DNA of 48,481 bases, taken from NCBI GenBank assembly GCA_031376295.1, contig JANMDL010000216.1, positions 1 to 48,481 on the forward strand, given 5' to 3'. Shown here piece by piece: positions 29,228-38,436 of this stretch (position 1 is the stretch's first letter; each line of letters starts with the position of its first letter). Both the position numbers and the translations under genes were made by a program. The notes beneath the pieces were generated by a model that saw only the letters and a list, made by a program, of their open reading frames with translations, ran no database searches and was not told the DNA's origin. This DNA is from Chitinophagales bacterium. GTDB lineage: Bacteria; Bacteroidota; Bacteroidia; Chitinophagales; Chitinophagaceae.

Positions 29228-32125
29228 TTATTTTTTTAAAATTGGTAATGAAACAATGAATTGCTGTCCGGTATTATTCACCAGCACCTTTTTATTGCTA
29301 AGCAGGTTGTAGCGGTTTACAATGTTCTGCAAACCCATTCCTGCACCGGCTTCCCGGCTCTTCTTAGGGTTAAGATTATTCTGCACCGTAAGATAGCCCT
29401 CTTTACTGATGAATATTTCAACAGTTAACAGCGTTTCCCTGGATACTGCATTGTGTTTGATGGCATTTTCCATCAGCAGTTGCAGGGTTAGTGGCGGGAT
29501 AAAGGTTTCTGAGCTTTCTTTTTCACCCAGGGTTATCTGCAGTTGCAAATTGGTTCCATAACGTTTCTGCTGCAGGTAATAATATGTTTGCAGCAACCCG
29601 GTTTCCTCTTTAAGCGTAATTACATCCTTGTCCCGGTAATTTACGATATTCCTGAAAAAATCCGATAACTGCTCCACATAACTCACCGCCATCTTTGGGT
29701 CTTCCTCAATGGTGGAGATAAGTGTGTTAAAACTGTTGAATAAAAAATGCGGGTTCACCTGGTTGCGAAGTACTTCAAACTGAAACTGGTATTTTTCCTG
29801 GCGCAACCGTTCTACATTTTTTACTGCAGCCTCCCTTGCTTTCACGTACCAGTACAGCAAGCCTGCAGCCACTACAGCACAAAGCGTTAAAAACCACCAG
29901 GTTTTCCAGAAAGGTTTTTTTATAGTAAATGCATAAACAGCTTCTGTGGCATGGCTGAAATCTTCATTGAGCGATGACCTTACCCGGAAGGTATATTTCC
30001 CCGGCGGCAATTTTGGAAATGGAGCATTGTGGTTTTTTGTACTGATCCAGTCGCTGTTAAAATTTTCCAGCTTATACTGGTATTGCACCTGCCCGGGGTC
30101 GCTGTAGTAAAGGCCGGTAAATTCAAATGTGAAATTATCCTGGTAGTGCTCAAATATACTGTCTGGTTCAGGCCCTTCATCCTCTAAAAAAAGCCGTACA
30201 TTTTCTATAATAGTCAGCGGCTGCTGCGAAATGTTTTTTACCGCATTGTAAATACCAATACCCGAAGCTGTGCTGAAAAATACGGCGCCTGTATTATTTT
30301 GTGTTACAGCACCAAGATCATTTGTATTTACTTTATCAATACCAAGGTTGCTGTTGATATAGCTTACCGTATTTGTTTCGGGGTTAAGAATATCCAGTCC
30401 TTTAGTATTTACAATAACAATATTACCCAGTGCATCTGTTTTAATATTGGATATTTCCATGCTGCTCAACCCCTGTGCAGTGGTATAACCGGTAAATTTA
30501 TTTCCATCATATTTAAAAATGCCCGCATCGCCGGTACTGAACCAGATATTTCCTTTTTTATCTTCGGTTATGGAGTAGATAATGTCACTGGCAAGCCCGG
30601 TTGTTTTATTAAAAGTTTTATAGTTGCCTCTGTCCTGTACGGTAAGCCCTTTGCCAAAAGAAGCAAACCATAGCCTGTTGTGGCTGTCTTTAAAAATGGC
30701 ATATACATAGCTGCTGCCGATGGTTCCTATGCCAGAAAATTTTTTAAAGTTATATTTGGCACCCGGTGCAGGCAGGGATGCAACTACCACTCCTTCAAGG
30801 CTGCAGATATATACATCAACACCATTGCCACTTATAGAAAGGATGCTCCGCTCCGCCGGTTGTGGCAGTTCAGACAGTTGCCGGTAAGCACCCGTAACGG
30901 GGTTCAGCATAAAAACGCCTTTACCCATAGTGCCTGCCCATATAGTGCCTTGCGAATCCTGGTACAAGGATGTAATGGCATTGTTGGCGCCGAGTGCCGG
31001 AATGGTAATCTTTAGCGGCTTACCGGTTATGCCAACGGCAGGATATTTGTAAATAGTTCTGTTGCCACCCATCCAGATATTATTGTCCTTATCAGCAAGT
31101 ATGGCATGGGCGGTAGTAAACTGGTTCTGTTCAAACAAAGGCAGTATGTTCATTTTTTCGCCATTGGTGCGCATCAGCATATTACCGCTGCTCATCCAGA
31201 AGTTGTCTTCATTATCCTGGATAAAACCTGTGAGCGGCGATGTAAAAGTATGTACCGCAGTTGCAGTAACTTTTTGTGATGCTGAAAGTGGCTGACTGAA
31301 AATTCCGTCCTTTTCGGTTGCAACCCACAAAGCATTTCCGGTAGCAAGCAATGTATTTACCTGCCCGTGTTGCCAGCCCGTGCCGTTACTTAAAAAAGTT
31401 TTTGCAGGATGATCGTACAGGCAATAGCCATTGTCCTGCAGGCCTATCCAAAAGCGGTTGTTGCCGGCCGGTTCAATACAGGTAACAAGGTTGTCGGGCA
31501 GTCCGTTAGTTGTAGTAAGTGTAGTGATTTTTTTTTTAGAGCCGGATGTGGTACAGATATTAATGCCCTGGTCAGTAGCAACCAGCATTTCGCCGGTGGC
31601 GGTAAGTGAAATGGCATGTATATTATTATCGCTCAGGCCATCCTCATCATTAATATTGTACAAATGCTTGTTATTTGTGTAATAAATGCCTTCTCCATTG
31701 GTGCCAAACCATATATTGCCCTGCCTGTCCTGCGCAAAGCAGGTGATGGCTAAAGCCGGAGTGCCTTCTTCCGGTGTATAAAGGGTAAGCTTATGCGATT
31801 TTTTTATGGCGATGCTTCCGTTTTGATAACCGATCCACAACCAGCCAGATGCATCCTCAAAAATGGCCGATACTGCGGCTGTAACAGCAGAGTCGGCAAA
31901 AGGTATTTTTTTAAAATCAGGAGTGCCATCAAAAATAAAGAGGCCATTTTCGGTACCGGTAAAAATAATGCCCTGCCTGTTTTTGTAAATAGTGGTTATT
32001 TTAACAGGTTTGCCATTTTCGGTAAGTGCAATATTTTTTAAAGCGCTGCTTTGTGCACACAGTGTTGTGGCCTGGCAACAGAGCAGCAGTAAAAAGAAGC
32101 TGTACTTTTTTTTTAACCTGAGCAT
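29228..32125 (-). CDS. LytS-type sensor kinase with periplasmic beta-propeller repeats and Y_Y_Y domain
   Basis: Repeated 'D..G.IW.GT', 'YQYKLE......W', TM, 'LRNQVNPHFLFNS', 'LQLL.ENAIKHN', 'G.GL.N'. Confidence 0.93.
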   Translation of the reverse strand: MLRLKKKYSFFLLLLCCQATTLCAQSSALKNIALTENGKPVKITTIYKNRQGIIFTGTENGLFIFDGTPDFKKIPFADSAVTAAVSAIFEDASGWLWIGYQNGSIAIKKSHKLTLYTPEEGTPALAITCFAQDRQGNIWFGTNGEGIYYTNNKHLYNINDEDGLSDNNIHAISLTATGEMLVATDQGINICTTSGSKKKITTLTTTNGLPDNLVTCIEPAGNNRFWIGLQDNGYCLYDHPAKTFLSNGTGWQHGQVNTLLATGNALWVATEKDGIFSQPLSASQKVTATAVHTFTSPLTGFIQDNEDNFWMSSGNMLMRTNGEKMNILPLFEQNQFTTAHAILADKDNNIWMGGNRTIYKYPAVGITGKPLKITIPALGANNAITSLYQDSQGTIWAGTMGKGVFMLNPVTGAYRQLSELPQPAERSILSISGNGVDVYICSLEGVVVASLPAPGAKYNFKKFSGIGTIGSSYVYAIFKDSHNRLWFASFGKGLTVQDRGNYKTFNKTTGLASDIIYSITEDKKGNIWFSTGDAGIFKYDGNKFTGYTTAQGLSSMEISNIKTDALGNIVIVNTKGLDILNPETNTVSYINSNLGIDKVNTNDLGAVTQNNTGAVFFSTASGIGIYNAVKNISQQPLTIIENVRLFLEDEGPEPDSIFEHYQDNFTFEFTGLYYSDPGQVQYQYKLENFNSDWISTKNHNAPFPKLPPGKYTFRVRSSLNEDFSHATEAVYAFTIKKPFWKTWWFLTLCAVVAAGLLYWYVKAREAAVKNVERLRQEKYQFQFEVLRNQVNPHFLFNSFNTLISTIEEDPKMAVSYVEQLSDFFRNIVNYRDKDVITLKEETGLLQTYYYLQQKRYGTNLQLQITLGEKESSETFIPPLTLQLLMENAIKHNAVSRETLLTVEIFISKEGYLTVQNNLNPKKSREAGAGMGLQNIVNRYNLLSNKKVLVNNTGQQFIVSLPILKK

Positions 32126-32297
32126 GGTTGATGGGTTATTCCATTTAACATAAAGTTTGTACTGAACTGATATTTGTACTGATGCCCCGTCGCTTCGGCC
32201 GGGGTTATAAAACTACCGTCAGTATTGTAAATATAATGGCGACAGACAGTAAGTTGTTGCTTTGGGCAAAAGACTGATTTTTTATTTCTTACCGCTA

Positions 32298-32852
32298 TTA
32301 CTCCCCAGTAAGCACTGCATTCACTTCCACATTTATTTCTGATGCCAGCTTTTCATGCACCACTTTTGGTATGGGTATGTTATGATCTGCCAACTGCACT
32401 GTAAAGTTTGATTTGATAGTAATTTGTCCGTTTTTTAAGGTCATAATACTTTTAATAATACGATCCTGCTCCACGCCATGTATGTTTAACTTTCCTTTAG
32501 CCCTGATGGTGTATGTGCCATCTTTTCCAAAATCCACCTCCTCAATTATTTTTCCTTTAAAAAAGGCATCCGGATATTTGCCACTTTCTAAATAATTTTC
32601 ATTAAAATGCTCTTTCTGCAGCGGACTGTTAAAGCCTTTAAAAGAACTTATTTTTATGGTAAAGGCAAACAGTTTTTTTACAGCATCCAGTTTGCCCTTT
32701 AAATCTGTACTGGCAGCTTTTATCAGTTCAAGTGGCGCATCCGACTGTATGGAGATGCTGCCTTTGCTGATATTGAACACCTGTTGTGGTAACTGTTTGC
32801 TTCCCGATAACATTACCAGCAATAGCATTGCCGCTATAAACCTTCTGAACAT
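32298..32852 (-). CDS. YceI family protein
   Basis: 'LQKEHFNENYLES.KYP.A.FKG', 'G.L.IHGV', 'LADH.I.IP'. Confidence 0.9.
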   Translation of the reverse strand: MFRRFIAAMLLLVMLSGSKQLPQQVFNISKGSISIQSDAPLELIKAASTDLKGKLDAVKKLFAFTIKISSFKGFNSPLQKEHFNENYLESGKYPDAFFKGKIIEEVDFGKDGTYTIRAKGKLNIHGVEQDRIIKSIMTLKNGQITIKSNFTVQLADHNIPIPKVVHEKLASEINVEVNAVLTGE

Positions 32853-32942
32853 TTCTGATTTTTTTACAAAATAGTCAAAAATTGTTCCACATACAGCAGT
32901 AATTACTGAATCAGGGGTAAATTAATGTCCAAACACCGTTAT

Positions 32943-33857
32943 CTACCTGTTTTTGCCAATGGTAAACACACGAGATATATTAAATCCAAACAGTATATCG
33001 CCTTTTTCCCACTTGCCTGTTGTTTCCGAAATAAAGGTTCTTTCGTTCATGCCCTGCGAGTTGGTAAAATGGAGCTGAAAAACGTGACCGCCGGTTTCAA
33101 TATCAAATCCTATAGAAAGCGAATTGGTGGTGCCGGCCAGTTTTGATCCGGGCAGCAGGTAGTAATACTCTGCATTCAGGCTCAGCCTCCGGGTAAGCTT
33201 CTGCCTTCCACCAATGCCTATTGCCAGTATATCATTGGGTTCTGATGCAAGCGATACCAGGTTGCGGTGTACAAATGTGGGCATCAACTGCAGCGAAAGG
33301 TTATCCGAAAATTTGCGGGCTATAATCAGTTGGTGGGTGTAGTATAATTTTGAAGTGAAATAGTTGTTTTGTTCTGTATTCTGGTCTTTTAATGTTTTAA
33401 GGGCAATAGTTGGCACATAGCTGAGGCTGATGGGCATATTACGCTTACCTGTTGACTGGCGCAGCAGTTTTAGTTTAAAAAAAGCATCATAGGTTTTCTG
33501 GTAAGTGCTTCTGCCAATGCCCACCATCAGGTATTTGGTAATGCCATAATCAACGCCCATACGCATGGTGGCATTATCAAGCCCAAAAAGTTCGTATCCA
33601 CCTTTGTTGAGGGTGCCAAAGCGGTGTGCAATTTTTACATCCATCACCCCCTTTGCCACGTTTTCTGATGAGTGACCACTGATGAGCCTTGTTGTTTTAA
33701 AAGTGGCGGTGGTATATTTCGTTGCTTCAGCATCTGAATTGGCAGTTTCTTTTTCAAGATCAGCCAGCAGGTCGGTACCAGTAGTATCCTGTGCTGCAGC
33801 CCTTAATCCAAAAGTGATAAACACTGCAGAAAAGAGTAATATTTTTTTTATGTGCAT
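32943..33857 (-). CDS. DUF5777-family outer-membrane beta-barrel protein
   Basis: 'FK.TRLI.GHS', 'HRFG', 'FGLD.A', 'DIETGGHVFQL.FTNS', 'FGFNISRVF'. Confidence 0.85.
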   Translation of the reverse strand: MHIKKILLFSAVFITFGLRAAAQDTTGTDLLADLEKETANSDAEATKYTTATFKTTRLISGHSSENVAKGVMDVKIAHRFGTLNKGGYELFGLDNATMRMGVDYGITKYLMVGIGRSTYQKTYDAFFKLKLLRQSTGKRNMPISLSYVPTIALKTLKDQNTEQNNYFTSKLYYTHQLIIARKFSDNLSLQLMPTFVHRNLVSLASEPNDILAIGIGGRQKLTRRLSLNAEYYYLLPGSKLAGTTNSLSIGFDIETGGHVFQLHFTNSQGMNERTFISETTGKWEKGDILFGFNISRVFTIGKNR

Positions 33858-33876
33858 AATTGATTGGTTGATGAGG

Positions 33877-34425
33877 TTACATTTTCTGATCGTAGTTGCA
33901 GGCAACCTTTATGGTCACTGTTTCGGAGATATTATTTCTTACTACTTTGGGTACATCAATTTTGTAATCAGCAAGTTTTATTATGAACTGAGAAGCGGCA
34001 GAGATTTTACCCCCCTTGATGGTTACAGTGCCTGTAGTAGTGGTTTTTTTTGTTACATTGTGCATCGTCATATCACCGGTAACGGTTACAGAATAAGTGC
34101 CATCCTTTGTGAAATTTACTTTAGCCATGTCGGTAATTTTTCCTTTAAATGAAGCTTTAGGATATTTACCACTTTCCATATAGGTTTCATTAAAATGTTC
34201 CTCCATCAACGCTTTTTCAAAATGAAAAGTGGTTACCAATACTGAAAACTGCATATCGCCAGTAGCGGGTACGATGATGGCAGTAACCTGGTTGCTGCTG
34301 GCCGCAATATTTTCAATAGCTGTTTTGGAACTGAAAGAGATATTGCCATTTTTTGTATAAAACTTTTGTGCTTTTGTGCTGAGGGTGCCTGCGATGATGG
34401 CTGCGGCTAAAAAAATTTTTTTCAT
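33877..34425 (-). CDS. YceI family protein
   Basis: 'F.FEKALMEEHFNE.YMES.KYPKA.FKG'; signal peptide. Confidence 0.9.
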   Translation of the reverse strand: MKKIFLAAAIIAGTLSTKAQKFYTKNGNISFSSKTAIENIAASSNQVTAIIVPATGDMQFSVLVTTFHFEKALMEEHFNETYMESGKYPKASFKGKITDMAKVNFTKDGTYSVTVTGDMTMHNVTKKTTTTGTVTIKGGKISAASQFIIKLADYKIDVPKVVRNNISETVTIKVACNYDQKM

Positions 34426-34465
34426 TCCTGTATATTTTTGATGATAAGGTTTCTATTATTTGCAG

Positions 34466-34864
34466 TTAATTATTAGGCGCACCTGCTGCAATCCATTTTC
34501 TTATTTTGGCAATATTGCAATCGCTTAATTTGATGCCGTTTTTGGGCATGGGTGAATAGTTGGGATTATGTGTTACTGTGCCGAGCAGCCTGCCATTATC
34601 CACCTGCTGTTTCACCCCGCTGTACACATCTAATTTAATACTTGCCGATGGGGTGGAGCCACCATGGCATATATTGCAGTTGGAGCTTAACACAGCGGCT
34701 ACCGAGTTGCTGTAGGTAACGGCACTGGTATCGCAAGCTGTATCCGGGTATAATATTTCTTCCTTATCGTAATAACAACCCGTTGTTGCCATTGTAAGCA
34801 GCAATAAAACAGCTGTTCCAAACAATGCAGTGATCCGTACCGGTTTTGCAGAAATTTTTATCAT
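34466..34864 (-). CDS. Lipoprotein monoheme c-type cytochrome
   Basis: Lipobox 'TTGC', heme motif CNICH, distal Met 'PMPK', 'IRKWI..GA.NN'. Confidence 0.8.
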   Translation of the reverse strand: MIKISAKPVRITALFGTAVLLLLTMATTGCYYDKEEILYPDTACDTSAVTYSNSVAAVLSSNCNICHGGSTPSASIKLDVYSGVKQQVDNGRLLGTVTHNPNYSPMPKNGIKLSDCNIAKIRKWIAAGAPNN

Positions 34865-34880
34865 ACGATGCTGTTGTTGT

Positions 34881-35558
34881 TTAATTGTTGAGGGAGCCTG
34901 CGGCAATCCATTTTCTTATTTGTGCTATTTGGCAATCGCTCAGTTTGGGTGCATTTTTTGGCATAGCCGAATAGCCTGAGTTGTGTGTAACAGCACCATA
35001 AAGCCTGCCGTTGAGCGACTGCAGTCTTACACCACCATAAGCGCTGAGGTTGATGTTGGCAGAGGGCGAGCTGCCACCGTGGCAACCCACACAGTATTTC
35101 TGCATAATCGGGTTAATATTGGCTGCAAACGTAAAGGAGGTACTGTCGCAGGCAGTGCCGCAGCTTACCGTGTTTTTTGCACCTTCATTTATCCATTTAC
35201 CAATAATTGCTTTTTGAGCTGATGATAAATCCGGGGCAGGTGGAGGCGGCATCTTATCGCTACCGGTTTCAAACAGTACTTTGTATATCTTACTGTTGGT
35301 GGCATTACCCGGCACAATGCCTTTTTTTATAATATTATTGTAAGAATCCAGTACATAATCACCTCCTGCAACTGCATCGTGGCAACCTGATTTAGCACAA
35401 TTGGTTTGAAACAGCGGCAGTACATCGGCTTCAAAACACACTTCGCTGCTGCCGCCTCCGCCAGATGGGGGTTGCGGAACAATTGTATCCGGCTCATGCT
35501 TACAGGCATAAATGCTTACTGTAAGTGCTGCTGCGGCCAGAAATAAATATTTTTTCAT
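34881..35558 (-). CDS. Lipoprotein diheme c-type cytochrome
   Basis: Lipobox 'IYAC'; CAKSGCH (CX4CH) with 'MPP' and CVGCH with 'MPK'. Confidence 0.8.
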   Translation of the reverse strand: MKKYLFLAAAALTVSIYACKHEPDTIVPQPPSGGGGSSEVCFEADVLPLFQTNCAKSGCHDAVAGGDYVLDSYNNIIKKGIVPGNATNSKIYKVLFETGSDKMPPPPAPDLSSAQKAIIGKWINEGAKNTVSCGTACDSTSFTFAANINPIMQKYCVGCHGGSSPSANINLSAYGGVRLQSLNGRLYGAVTHNSGYSAMPKNAPKLSDCQIAQIRKWIAAGSLNN

Positions 35559-35575
35559 CTGTATTGTTTTGGTCA

Positions 35576-36016
35576 TTATTTAACAAGATAACAGCGCACC
35601 AACACCACATCGCCGGGCAAACCCATATCGGCATCACCACCACTATAGCCGCTGCATATTCCCTTAACGGTAATTTTAACTCCGGGGTTGGCTGTAACGG
35701 CAGTTTCTTCAAAAGTGCAGTTGATAAAAGCACCTTCCTGGGTTGTCTTCAGCTTTATTACCGGCTGATTTTGCTGGTTGGGAGACGATTCCACCACTTC
35801 TCCGCTTACTTCTATTATTTTGTCAGTATACTTATTATTGGCCGCTGATGAGTCCTGTACATACTGGTTCAGCAGATCAGCAGCCACCACTTTTACGCTA
35901 TCAGCATTTTGTACGCCACGGTGCGGTTTGTTCCACATATAATAGCCAAAAGCTGCACCACCAAGTGCTGCAATAAGTATGCCCAGCAGGATTGTTTTTT
36001 TCGTTTTTTTAGTCAT
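35576..36016 (-). CDS. Membrane-anchored OB-fold protein (tRNA_anti-like)
   Basis: N-terminal TM, 'A.DL...Y..D...AN.KY.DK.IEVSG.V', 'I.VKG.C.G'. Confidence 0.75.
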   Translation of the reverse strand: MTKKTKKTILLGILIAALGGAAFGYYMWNKPHRGVQNADSVKVVAADLLNQYVQDSSAANNKYTDKIIEVSGEVVESSPNQQNQPVIKLKTTQEGAFINCTFEETAVTANPGVKITVKGICSGYSGGDADMGLPGDVVLVRCYLVK

Positions 36017-36137
36017 TTTCTATTTGTTGTACAAATAAAGTTACTATTTATGTTTAAAGCTATTGCGGCAGGGGGTAAAAGAAAGGTTAAATGCTCCCAA
36101 TGGGTATAAAACGGTGCTGAACCGGAAAAAATGAGGG

Positions 36138-36779
36138 TTAATTTCCTGCAGAGATATAATTTTCCACCGGTATGCGGTTGGTGATGCTTTTTGCCAGCGT
36201 CATCTCATCGGCATATTCCAGCTCGCCGCCAAAGGCAATACCACGGGCAATGGTGGTTATTTTAGCCCTGGGGGATTGTCCGCCAGCTTCTGCCTGTAAT
36301 TTTTTCTGAATGTAGTAAACCGTAGTATCTCCCTGAATATTGGGGTTAAGTGCAAAAATTATTTCCTGCACCTGCTCTTCTTTTACCCTTTCGGTTAGGG
36401 CAGTAATGGTCAATTGCTCCGGGCCAATACCATCCAAAGGAGAAATGATGCCGCCCAGTACATGGTACAGCCCGTTAAACTGCTGGGTGCTTTCAATGGC
36501 AATTACGTCCCTGATATTTTCCACCACGCAAATAATTTCCTGCTTGCGGCCGGGATTGCTGCAGATATTGCAAACGGTTGTATCAGAAATATTGTGGCAC
36601 CTGCTGCAGAATTTTATTTTTTTCCGCATAGTGGCAATCTCTTCGCTGAAATGGAGTACCTGGGCCTCCTCCTGCTTAATAAGGTGCAACACTAAGCGCA
36701 GGGCAGTTTTTTTGCCAATGCCGGGCAGCTTCGCAAATTCGTTCACCGCATTTTCTAATAAATAAGAAGAGAATTGCAT
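36138..36779 (-). CDS. recR: Recombination mediator RecR
   Basis: HhH '[11 protein letters not shown]', C4 zinc finger, Toprim 'YHVLGG.ISPLDG', 'GGELEYAD'. Confidence 0.97.
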   Translation of the reverse strand: MQFSSYLLENAVNEFAKLPGIGKKTALRLVLHLIKQEEAQVLHFSEEIATMRKKIKFCSRCHNISDTTVCNICSNPGRKQEIICVVENIRDVIAIESTQQFNGLYHVLGGIISPLDGIGPEQLTITALTERVKEEQVQEIIFALNPNIQGDTTVYYIQKKLQAEAGGQSPRAKITTIARGIAFGGELEYADEMTLAKSITNRIPVENYISAGN

Positions 36780-36783
36780 GGCG

Positions 36784-36791
36784 CAAAGGTA
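36784..36791 (-). promoter_or_regulatory. Bacteroidota sigma-A -7 box
   Basis: Minus strand TACCTTTG 4 nt before the recR ATG. Confidence 0.6.
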
Positions 36792-36795
36792 GGGT

Positions 36796-36912
36796 AAAGT
36801 TCAAAGTTGAATAGTTGCTTAGTTGAAAAGTTCAAAAGTGCAAAGTTGAAAAGTTGATTAGTTAAAAATGTGCGGGCTTCCCGTGGTCAACTTATCAACT
36901 TAGTCAACTTAA
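36796..36912. repeat. 7-8-mer repeats (AAAGTTG/TAGTTG) with an inverted copy
   Basis: aaagttcaaagttgaatagttgcttagttgaaaagtt... gtcaacttatcaacttagtcaactt. Confidence 0.7.
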
Positions 36913-36918
36913 AAAAAC

Positions 36919-38331
36919 CTACAAATTAATATCCCTCTCATTATCCCAGTTAGGGCGGATGGATACTTTCTGCGGCAGCAGTTTTACCCTTTCGGGTTGT
37001 GTTTTTTTGCTGTAGTTGCCTGCATCCCATTTGCCATTGTTGTTGGTATCGTACAGCAGCCTAAGTTCGTATTCGCCGGGTTTAAACAGTTTTTGCGACC
37101 ACTCTTTTGCCGTAATGGGCCAGGAGCTTACAATATTATCACCCTGTACAAACTGCAGTACCAGGTGCTTTCCACTGTCTAAGTTATTAAAGCGCAACAC
37201 CAGGTTGCCATAATCGGCTTCCTTTTTGGTGGTAAAGCGCAGGGTGTCTGCTTTGCCGAGTGTAAGCGCATCCGTTGTTGTAATGTCCTTGCTCAGCAGC
37301 AGGCGAAAATTGGTGGCTTCGGGCCATTTATGGGTGATGATGATATTTTTGCCAGTGGTATCCAGCACAATTTTTGCACCAGCAATCGCAGCAAAATTGG
37401 TATCTGTTAACTGTACCTGCGCTTTATCAAAGCCGTACAGTTTTTTATTGAAACTGATTGTCACATCGCTCAGCAGGTCATGTGCTTCGCCGGCAAGGGC
37501 TGTGGTATATCTTAATTTTTTGTCTTTTTCTGCAGCTTTGGCAGCATCGGCTATGGCCGTGCCAGCGCTGCGGGTATCTTTTTCTTCACTGTAAGCGTAC
37601 AGGGTGGTTTCGGGTGTTTTATCCGACACGGTTACTGCTGTTTCAGCAAAAGCAAATATTTCTGTTTTGGAGTTATAGGTTTTGCTGCCATCACCATCTT
37701 TAAGAGCATACAATTTAAAATTACCGGCAGGCAGGTTGTAAAAAGTAAAATTGCCTTCCCCGTCCGGGCGGCTGATATAGTCGGGCCTTTGTTTTTCTAC
37801 TGATGAATCCACCCCGTTGCGGTAAAGCATAGCCAGTATGGTGCTGTCAGTTTTGCCAGTTTCGGCCAGTATTATTCTGCCACCCAGGGTAAGTGTATCA
37901 ATGGTATTGCCGGTAGAAAACACAAAAGTAAAATTGGTAAGCGGGTTCGATTCGTTAATGTCCACAATGGCATTACCAAAATTGATAGAATAAGTGGTAT
38001 TGGGCAGTAGCGTATCCTTCAGCTTCACCGTAACGGTACGCAGCTTATAATCCACTACGGGATTGTTTTTGGGTACCGGCGATACCAGCACATTGGTAAG
38101 TGCTTCTTTTACTTCAATGTATTCGTTAAAACTGAGGGTAATCTTATTATCAGTAACATTTACACTTTTAAGCGCAGGTTTTGAGTTTACCAGCACGGGT
38201 GGCAGGCTGTCTCTTGGGCCACCCGTGGGGGCACTTATCTGTGCACACCCTGTAACCAGGCCGATGCTTTGCACCGCCGCCGCAAAAAACAGCATAAAAC
38301 TGATGATGATTGCCGAAATCCCCTTTTTCAT
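36919..38331 (-). CDS. Lipoprotein with Ig-like (Big_5) domain
   Basis: Lipobox 'TGCA', 'P.GGP.D..PP', 'F.EY', 'L.PNTTYSINFG.AI.D.NE.N', 'D.N.NGKWD.G'. Confidence 0.8.
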   Translation of the reverse strand: MKKGISAIIISFMLFFAAAVQSIGLVTGCAQISAPTGGPRDSLPPVLVNSKPALKSVNVTDNKITLSFNEYIEVKEALTNVLVSPVPKNNPVVDYKLRTVTVKLKDTLLPNTTYSINFGNAIVDINESNPLTNFTFVFSTGNTIDTLTLGGRIILAETGKTDSTILAMLYRNGVDSSVEKQRPDYISRPDGEGNFTFYNLPAGNFKLYALKDGDGSKTYNSKTEIFAFAETAVTVSDKTPETTLYAYSEEKDTRSAGTAIADAAKAAEKDKKLRYTTALAGEAHDLLSDVTISFNKKLYGFDKAQVQLTDTNFAAIAGAKIVLDTTGKNIIITHKWPEATNFRLLLSKDITTTDALTLGKADTLRFTTKKEADYGNLVLRFNNLDSGKHLVLQFVQGDNIVSSWPITAKEWSQKLFKPGEYELRLLYDTNNNGKWDAGNYSKKTQPERVKLLPQKVSIRPNWDNERDINL

Positions 38332-38436
38332 AATAAGGATGCAAACATAAAACTTATCCCGGCAATGTATCATAAGGAAATGCAAAAATTAAAGCAAACA
38401 ACTGTTACAGCAGTGCTGCTATACCTGCCGGAAAAT

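Noticed and set aside
32177-32226. Riboswitch or IS end between yceI and the kinase (TACTGATG-CCCCG..CGGGG..CGTCAGTA)
   Set aside because: Single short imperfect hairpin, no recognisable aptamer and no transposase
36080-36135. LytTR-binding direct repeats upstream of the cytochrome operon
   Set aside because: Only weak ~10-bp periodic similarity; cannot be supported without a motif alignment
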